This document shows, in pieces, positions 56,001 through 64,000 of a stretch of DNA of 64,000 nt (position 1 is the first letter of the stretch; each line of letters starts with the position of its first letter). The notes below the pieces were generated by a model, which did no database searches, had not been told where the DNA came from, and worked only from the letters and a program-made list of their open reading frames with translations. The translations under genes were made by a program, and so were the position numbers. Origin of the DNA: Lingula anatina (Eukaryota; Animalia; Brachiopoda); the NCBI GenBank assembly GCA_051362555.1, contig CM120640.1, positions 23,484,225 through 23,548,224 on the forward strand, in the 5' to 3' direction.

Positions 56001-59000
56001 ATAAATAAACGTTTGACTACGCCAAACTTCCCTTTTGCGAAAAACCATTAGTAATTTTTTTGCAAGCATTTCTGTGATGTTTGCCTCTTAAGTGCCAAAT
56101 TTCATTTTTGTTTTACTTTTAATTCATTAGAAGGCTTTACTAGGCAAAAAGAATTGTTCAGTTTGAATATATGCATTATTGCTTAATTTTCACAAAAGAT
56201 ATCAGCACAAGACCATGGTGATGTATTAACTCTAGAGTACACTTGATTACATTTTAAAAGATATGCTGATATAACAAAATTAAATGTATATTGATGGTTT
56301 TAAGCCATACCTGCTATTATTTTATCTAATATTATTTATTTTAATTTAGAATTTATCATTGAAACTGTTTCTTTTAATTTCCTAGTTTAATGCCTCTTTA
56401 TATTCCTTTCTGGATTACTGGTTCCATTTGAATGATCAGTTTATTTCTGTAGCAAATCTAGGATCCAAAATCTTATCCTCTTATTTTGGATCCTAGAGAA
56501 AATTGAGCAAGCAGGAGAAGTCATTATGGTTAAATATGCATGAAATTATGCTGAATCAGTCATGCAAAATTTTATTTTATCATTTTTTTAAGCATATCCC
56601 CATCAAATTTTAGAACTAAAATGCTTTGCATAAGACACTGATATTTCTTAAGGCATATAAAGCACCAAGGGGTTTTAAGAAATATCTACATGAGAGTGTG
56701 ATTTTTACTTTTTTTCCCCAGTGGAATCTTAACTGTAATCATGGATGTCTCTTCTAAAAGGCTTTGGTTATGATCTGATTATTTTTGATCCCCACCTGGA
56801 TTGAATTTGGTCCATTTTTTATTTAAGTTTTCTTGCAACATAATAAGTGAGTTAAGACAGAAGCCCTGAGATGATACCTTGTAGAGATTCAAAGATTTGG
56901 TTGTTATATAGTATAATGGTGTTTCAACTTTAAACATCGGATTTTGGTGGTACAGTTAATATAGTGATGGTGATGACATTTAATTTTGCCAAATGACTTT
57001 TCATTAATGCTCACTGAATAATATTGCACAGTAATATTCTAGGAAATTGGTTTGAAAACCAGTGTTATGCTAATATAGAACATTCTGGCATAATCGGCCT
57101 TACATCATAAATTTCAGGCTGACAACTTCGAAAACAGAGGGCTTTAATAGCACAGTTTATTAACAATATAATGCATGCAATGATTTTTATTAATACAGAA
57201 TTTGTGAATGTGTTTTTTAAAACAAAGAATAAATAAAATGAAATATTCACAAATTAAGGAAAAGATAGAATGTCACTTTGCTGTTGGCTTCTTATACGTC
57301 AGCTCCTCAATCAGATTTAACCATATAATCTGTTATACCAATAATGTCCAGACTTCATGTGTAGATATATATATCAAAATCCACACTTTTCAGGATAAGC
57401 AAGTAGAATCATGTGGTGTTTCTCTTTTTTTTTCATCCCACCAGGATAAGCCTTCACTCCTTTCACTGTCTTGGACTCTGGAACATCTTGAACGCCATCT
57501 GGAGGGAGATCTCCAAGCCACTTACCTGGTTGACGTCATTCCAAATCTCAAGTGGATGCTGCTGTCAGACACTTTAATAAAGAATCCCACAGATGAACTT
57601 CAGGAGCTAGAAAAAAAGGTGTTTACAAAATGTCTAGGGTGAAGTTTTCCTGGGGATAACATGCTGGTTCATCTGTGAGAGTGGAATATTTGCCAAATGA
57701 AAAATTTAATCAGTGGGCATAATAAGTTTCATTTGGGATGATTATTGAACAGGCATGCAGTGTTGTAGAAAGGAAATATCTCCTTGATCTAACGGCAAAA
57801 TGGAAAATAAATGCTATTGTGATTACACAAATTACTTCATTAAAATGGAACAGTAATGCAGTGAAGAGATGCTAAAATAACTGTTCAATACCCCTACGTT
57901 TTTTGAAAAGAGAAAGCAAAGACAGATTACAAAGCAATACCATTATATTTTCTTTGTGCTTTTGCAGTACCCTATAGCATTTGCTCTAAACCTTGCAATC
58001 AAAGAGAGTGATGTTATAAAGAAAATAAAGCCTCTCCCTGCAGTAGGTGAAGTCCAACCCGCAGAGGGTCAGCAGACGGACGAGGTCGATTCCTCCAGGA
58101 CAGAGGTAGGTGTATTGACAGGAAGGGGAAGAAGTCAAGGCACTGTACTGTTAAAAAGTCAATAGCAAAACATGATAATGGATATTGTGTGAAATGCCAT
58201 GTATATTCTTACATCATCGTTATTTTTTTCAAAACTAAAATCATTGCTGATGATTGTATATCTTATATAGTAAAATGATAATGTTTTTTTCCTTTATTAC
58301 CGTACTTATTTATCCATTTATTTATTTATTTTTGTTAAAACTGTTTATAAGTGAAAATATTATATAGTTATGTGCTGCTGAAATGTGTACCTGGAAATCA
58401 GTAATCAAATTTGATTATGGTGATATTAGTATTTGGATAACAATGATTGTCACTGTGTCTTTGTATATTTTAGAAACGAGCTAAGCTTTATGAGACTTCA
58501 GCTAAGTCTTGGCTTCACCACTTTGAGCTATCTGACAGGCTGGTTTCTATAGACATGTCTTCAACACAACCACAGCATGTGTATGACAAGTTGAGACAGT
58601 TTTTTATAGAACTGGGAGCAACCTCAGTGAGGACTGTAAATTCTATAGTTTTGTTTGGTTTTGGTAAGTTTTATTACCTATATAGCTGCAAGGTGATGAG
58701 TTCATTGTTTTCATCTCTGTCTACTAATTGGAAACCTTGAAATAAAGGGCTTTTTACTTTGGTTGTGGAAAACAAAGCTATTTAAAGACCCTTTCCTTTC
58801 TGTATAACTGAATGTCCTAATCCTGTCCTTTTTTGTTAAGCCAGACATTTTAAGATAAAATTCAAAACTAATATGTGGTTAATGCATACTTTGAACTTCC
58901 ATAATCACATCAGTCCTTTTCCTCTTGCAGCTAGATTGATCACTGTGCATATTTTATCCCAGAGCTTATTTCCTCTTCATGGGCAAAAAATATCCTTAAT

Positions 59001-61324
59001 GATTTCTGGTTTGACTAATGATTCATGTTTTATGTGCTTTAACCTACCCCATCGGATCCAAATAGCATACTCTCGGAGATGGATTAACATTGAAAATCTA
59101 CCCTACTCCAGCAGATAGTCCAGTGATGCCCCATCAATTTACTCAATAACACAAGAATAACCAAAAGAGCAGACTTCTTAGAGTAGCATGAATGTTTTGC
59201 ATGTTATTTCTTAGAAGTGATTTGTTTGTGATACCAATTCTTTTGTAATTCTAGATGAACAGGAGCTGTCTGATGTGAACATTGACTATTATGGGATGTC
59301 AAAGGTGAAATTACAGTCAGTTGTTGCTGATCCTATGGCTTCCACAGTAAGATATACATATGTTTACAGATGTACTGATGAAAAAAAATGAAAATAGATT
59401 TGTGAGAGAAGATGGAATATTATTTCTTACATTGTCACTTTATAGAAATGCTCTATTTTACACCTAGAGAACATTATGCAGGGACAGACGGAGGCCGTCT
59501 TCTGGGTCTTCAGGAAGACGGTTAGAATTTTTAAAGTTTACATTGACAGGAATCTAAATTTTCTGTTGAAAGATGGTCAAAAATGGAGGATGGGTCAACA
59601 AAGATAATTTGGAAGATTATCAGAAAATATCTCTTCTCTGAATTGACCAGGATGTGGTGTCTCTTCCCCCTGAAATAGTTGGAGTGTAAAATTTAGGAAA
59701 TGTAGCCTGACAGAGGCATTTTTTTCTATTAACAGAAAGCATTTATGCATAGAATGAGTGCTCATGAAATGGAGATCACCCTGTTGTATTTATTTACATG
59801 GTGGTTTGCATTTATGAATCCTACAGGAAATGTATTGATCGGCCACAGTGTACAAGGGAAGTGGTGCTTAAGCATCTCAGCAGACATCAGTTACACGTTG
59901 TCGCGGTAGTTGAACATTGGGAAGAGTAATGCAATAGTAACCAAGTTATTTTGGCCAGCATTTGTACTTTTACTGAAATAAGCATGTTTTATATTGTCTA
60001 GTGACCATTGTTTTGGCAAGCTTATCATGGAATTGTCATGGAATTAAATTAGGAAATTGGCAGACATTATATACCATTTAGGATTTCTGTAGAAGTGTGA
60101 GTGGGTATAGTTCACATGGATGAAATCTCTTTGGAGATAGAAATGACAAATTTTCACTAAATATTTTATTGAAATTCAATGTAATAAAATTTGTTTAATG
60201 GTAACACCCATTTTAATGAAACGCAAACTATGGTCATAAAGCATTTAAAATATATTAACTATAGTTTTGTGATTGTCTGATAGCCCAATTGTATGTTTTT
60301 GATATGAACAGTTTTCCCTTTTAGGAACAGCTGATATCAGACTTGTGTAAGCACCTCGAGAACTGCACTGAAACGGAATCATTTGCAGTAGAACTGGATG
60401 GAACGTCCATTAAGAAGGAAGCTAGTGACAAGGTATTGTAATTTAAAATCTGTCAAAAGCTTTCTAAAGAATAGCTTTTCCACTAAAAAAATGATTATAA
60501 ATGCATTTGATGTTTTTTTTCTCTGAACAAAAGTGCAGCCTCACTGCAAATTGGTTTTATTGTAAATTTTTTCCCATTGGTACAAAAGGAATTTGCCTCT
60601 GAATGTGTTTGTACAGATGTGATAGGTGAGATAGATTTTCCATCGTCATTAATCATCATGTGAATTGTTTATCACTTGTAAATTGGGAATGTTATTCCTA
60701 TTTCTGCATAGCATTATTCAGAAGTATTTAATGTCAAAAAAGTTTGCCTGCAAGATAATATTATTTGCCACATTGCAGCATTGCACCTAAAAACATGATT
60801 GGCACAATTATGTGGGTTCTTTCCAGTGTAAAGAATATTGGCGAAATGCTAAACATATTTTTATTTGAAAAAATAAACTAAAGAATGTTTGAATTTTTTC
60901 CCAAAATTTCTTTCTGTTTTTTTTCACATATTGAAATTGGCTAAAAAAAATTGAACCTGGCGTGAGCCCACAGCTGTTTATTTACTTTCTTGAAAATTGC
61001 TGAATATTTTTTTTTTTATATTTTATGATTAGGCTAAAGATGTAGCTTGATTTCACAAATGTGAATTTTTTGAAAATGCATGATGATGAGCCTCTTTTAC
61101 TATTCCAGTGTTTAGAGAAAGCTACTCTTTTCCTAAATGATATTGAGCAGACAACGTTGGATTCAGTTCTCCACTGTACTCCTAGTAAAGGCAGACCTCA
61201 AAACAATAAAAAGTTCAAAGCTATTATGTCAACAGAAGGGGACATTTGTCTTTTCCCAGAGGACACTCATAATAGCACGTGTAAGCATATAGCACAATGT
61301 ATGGCCAAAGTGAGACAAAGATGA
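38159..61324 (+). CDS. Adenylate-kinase-fold protein (AK5/UMP-CMP kinase-like), predicted N-myristoylated, degenerate active site, ~401 aa
   Basis: Eight phase-consistent exons: 38159-38285 (MGCSSS...RLIFLL), 52955-53115 (GGPGSKKGF P-loop), 57445-57618, 57968-58105, 58474-58663, 59255-59346, 60325-60432, 61109-61324. They total 1206 nt of open frame. Confidence 0.8.
40159..48300 (+). repeat. ~161-bp satellite monomer in several short arrays (about 20 copies)
   Basis: ccgataacacgataagtggaaaaccattttacc...gaaacttacagaactgatgaatattcataatacgcaggtcaagttcgaaaatcagcatgatcgg unit at ~40159, 40320, 40481; 42977, 43209, 43370; 43636-44279; 44995-45476; 47690-48011. Confidence 0.95.
47157..47380. mobile_element. 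MITE with long imperfect TIRs nested in the HINE cluster
   Basis: ctccatgggaattctcgctaaattgc (~47205) is the near reverse complement of gcaatttagtgagaaaccccttggag (~47308). The outer ends gactatttccagacc / ggtatgggaacttagtc are also inverted. Confidence 0.65.
51079..51756. mobile_element. Non-autonomous TTAA-flanked element (Kolobok-like, ~680 bp)
   Basis: TTAA|agatattgtcactcctt ... aagggtagcaatatcc|TTAA imperfect TIR; the interior is CpG-richer than the flanks. Confidence 0.6.
53572..53883. mobile_element. Foldback/long-TIR MITE (~310 bp)
   Basis: ~90-bp arms tcaaagacaaaaatattaactctaatactggac...gatctgct...gttttgcatagactcc...ttttgtctt and its reverse complement ending at 53883, plus inner inverted arms ggtattgtagttgtcacat / atgtgacaactgcagtacc. 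Confidence 0.8.
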
Positions 61325-61486
61325 TGGTTGTCGGAAGAGTTGGGAAAAGATTGCCTGGAACAGAGAGAAATTATCTCTACTTGCCTGAATGTGGTGAAAT
61401 GCACAGGTTGTCAGTGATGCACTCCAAGGAACATGTTGAATGAGCAGATTAAACATAAACATATATCTCATCAAGATTTGACTTAG

Positions 61487-61790
61487 AACTAGAAAAGCAC
61501 TGCGAGGGCGCAGACCTCCGCCAAGGCAGCAAAGTCTCCACCCAATGCCATTTCACCCTTAAATTTTCATTGTATAATGATTTAGTTTTTTGATTTTTGA
61601 TTGTTTATTGATTATTGATTGATTATTGATCCAGATCACCACCAAAAACTAATCATCTGTTTCTTAGCCCACTTCTGACAGTTCCTGAAAATTTCATCAA
61701 AATCAGTCTTTTTGAGTTATGTTGATGACAGACAGACAAACAAACAAACAAACGGGGGTGAAAACATTACCTCCTTGGCGGAGGTAATAA
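61487..61790 (-). mobile_element. Short HINE/DINE-1-like element (second family) just downstream of the AK-like stop codon
   Basis: On the + strand: aactag, hairpin ctgcg-aggg-cgcag, subTIR acctccgccaagg (~61515), (gaca)n(caaa)n microsatellite, then hairpin tacctcc-ttggc-ggaggta containing the inverted subTIR ccttggcggaggt, then an A-rich end. Confidence 0.85.
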
Positions 61791-64000
61791 AAGGAGTAAA
61801 TTTACAGCATTATATATTTCACGTTACAAAGCAGTGCTAAGTATAATTTTATGAAACTGAAAATATACATACTTAGTTAAATCACTCCTCTTGATGCTCA
61901 TGTATAACAAAAGATTTAGTAAGAAGACACCAGTTGCTTAATTCATCATCACTGCCTTTGTTCCAGAAAAAAAAGGACACCAAACAGAGTAACTGATATC
62001 TTAATGTTAAATTTATGGAATGATGGGGTAAAAAGTCACTGACAACTCTATATGAATATCTATATATGCAGGGTTTAAACGGTATTGCTAATACATGTAC
62101 ACTTAAATCAATTTACAATATTTCTAGTCACAAATTTGCAAGTCAAAAAAATGCTTATACACTTTTTTGAAACATTTTGTATTTCTTATTGTTTGTCTTT
62201 TAAAATGGTCAATTTTTATTAAATACATGGAATTTATTTTTTGAACGTGTCCATTTTTTTTTTTTTTTTTTTTTGAGAATGTGAATGTAAATAGGTATCA
62301 TCCAGGATTGATACTTCATTTTCAAAAAGAATCTGATATGTGTATTCACAAATAGAGGCAGAGAAGTTTGTGTTCATTTTTTTATATCATGAAATCAATC
62401 CAGTGCATTTAAACACACATAACCCAAAAGCATTTTAAGCTTGTTTAGGTGCTGTTGCCATATTAGTTTGGGAATACACTGAAATACTGTTTTGCATAAC
62501 CTGCATTTTCTTAAGCACTGTACTACTGAAGTACTGGGTAGAGTGTGCAGAGCAAATAAACCAGTCCTTCATTACTACATTAATGCAAGGGTGAGATATT
62601 GCTTTTTGTATTCTATTCTTTAAGTTTCACTGAAAGTTGTAGAACACAGAAAATGTAACAATATATAGTTTTTTTTAACTCGAGTTATTCATTTACAACA
62701 AGTAAATTTTTATATGCCATTGATTATTTATACAGACAATCAAAACTGTTTATTTTGCCATTTAGCTAGTCACCCCTGGTATTAAAACTAAATCAGCGTA
62801 CCAAAGTGATTTCACACAGACACAGAATTATTGTAGATGTCACTGGGTCAGTTTTATTTTATATTCTTACGTAGTTGTGTATTCCTCAGGTGCTGCAGGG
62901 AGTTTGAAACTCCTTGGGTGCTAGTATTACTTTGATCTGCAATTTTTTTTCATTCATTAAGTGTGGAACTTAACATAGTATTTATTGGGAATTGATGGAC
63001 TTTCCTTTTTTCAAGCTGTGTGTATTCCAGTTGAAGCACATATACTCAGTATTTTTTCATGTGGAAGTTGTTGTATTATTTTTTCAAAGAAAGGGTCTTA
63101 CATTATACGTTTGCATTGTAGGGGGCACTTAAATTTTAATAGCTATTCATATATATTGAGTTGTCATCATTCAAAGACCACCATTAAAATATATGATATA
63201 TGGTAAACCCAACAGTCTCTTCTTAAATTTTCTAAAATATCCATTTCTATTTAGGTAGTACATGATCGAATTAACACACAGAGAGCATGCTTGTGTGCAT
63301 TTGTTTTGGAGATATTAACTAACCTTTTTACAGCATTTTTTAGACATTTAATATCATAGATATTATTTTGCATTCTTTTTTTCCTTTGGTCATTTATATG
63401 AAATACAATTTTCAAAACAATATATGTTTGAGGTCTTATTCTGATGGTCAAGGACATAACTTACACTGATGTGTCAAGTAATAATAAAAACCATTCATTT
63501 GTTGTTTCTCCATAGCTCGGGGTGTTTTTGGCACCTGAATTTTTTAAATTTCATTAATATAGTTGAATTTCAGATATATTGGAAATTATTATCTGTACCT
63601 GAAATATCTTGCCTAAATCCCAACTATTTGTGATGTCCATTTATTATTTTTTTTTTTAAGTTTCTTTCAAACCCATACTTTGGCTTAATTTATACCACCT
63701 TCCTGTTACCCATTTTTCTGCTTAGCTTACCTTTATTTCCTTGCAACACATTTAGTTTTTATTGAAAGTTGTTGGACCAAAAAGGTTAATTAAAGAGAAG
63801 TGACAAAGGAATCCATTTCATATTTTCAGTAAGATGTCATCTAACCATTGCATTTTCTTCATCTTTTTATTATCCAAATATGTTACTGTAAATTGTTATG
63901 GGGCAAAGGTTAATTTCATTTCTTTAGAAACTTACATATGTCAGCTGTCTCTCTCCGTTTAAATAATACACACACATAAAATTTATGATGAAAACATATT

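Noticed and set aside
61800-64000. Short ORFs at the window end
   Set aside because: AT-rich sequence with no domain similarity or coherent exon chain; treated as UTR or intergenic.

Overview
AT-rich, intron-rich animal genomic DNA; the gene and repeat content suggests a marine invertebrate, probably a mollusc (inference). It is not prokaryotic, so most ORF-track entries are exon fragments or noise. Genes reconstructed by hand from GT-AG exons, in order: the last exon of a degenerate protein kinase (+), apparently nested in an intron of an ADAMTSL5-like gene (+, 3' part only); a secreted heme peroxidase with two chitin-binding CBM14 domains (+, about 21 exons); HMGXB4 (-) head-to-head with DNAAF1/LRRC50 (+); and ATP6V1C1 (-) head-to-head with a predicted myristoylated, catalytically degenerate adenylate-kinase-like gene (+). 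Mobile DNA includes a decayed Tc1 element, two TTAA-flanked Kolobok-like elements, several MITE/foldback elements and two short Helentron-type (HINE/DINE-1-like) elements. The most striking structure is a ~10.3 kb nest of HINEs carrying a ~161-bp satellite in intron 1 of the AK-like gene, with junction evidence that the element inserted into its own repeats. Exon coordinates were read by eye and may be off by a few bases; no database search was run.
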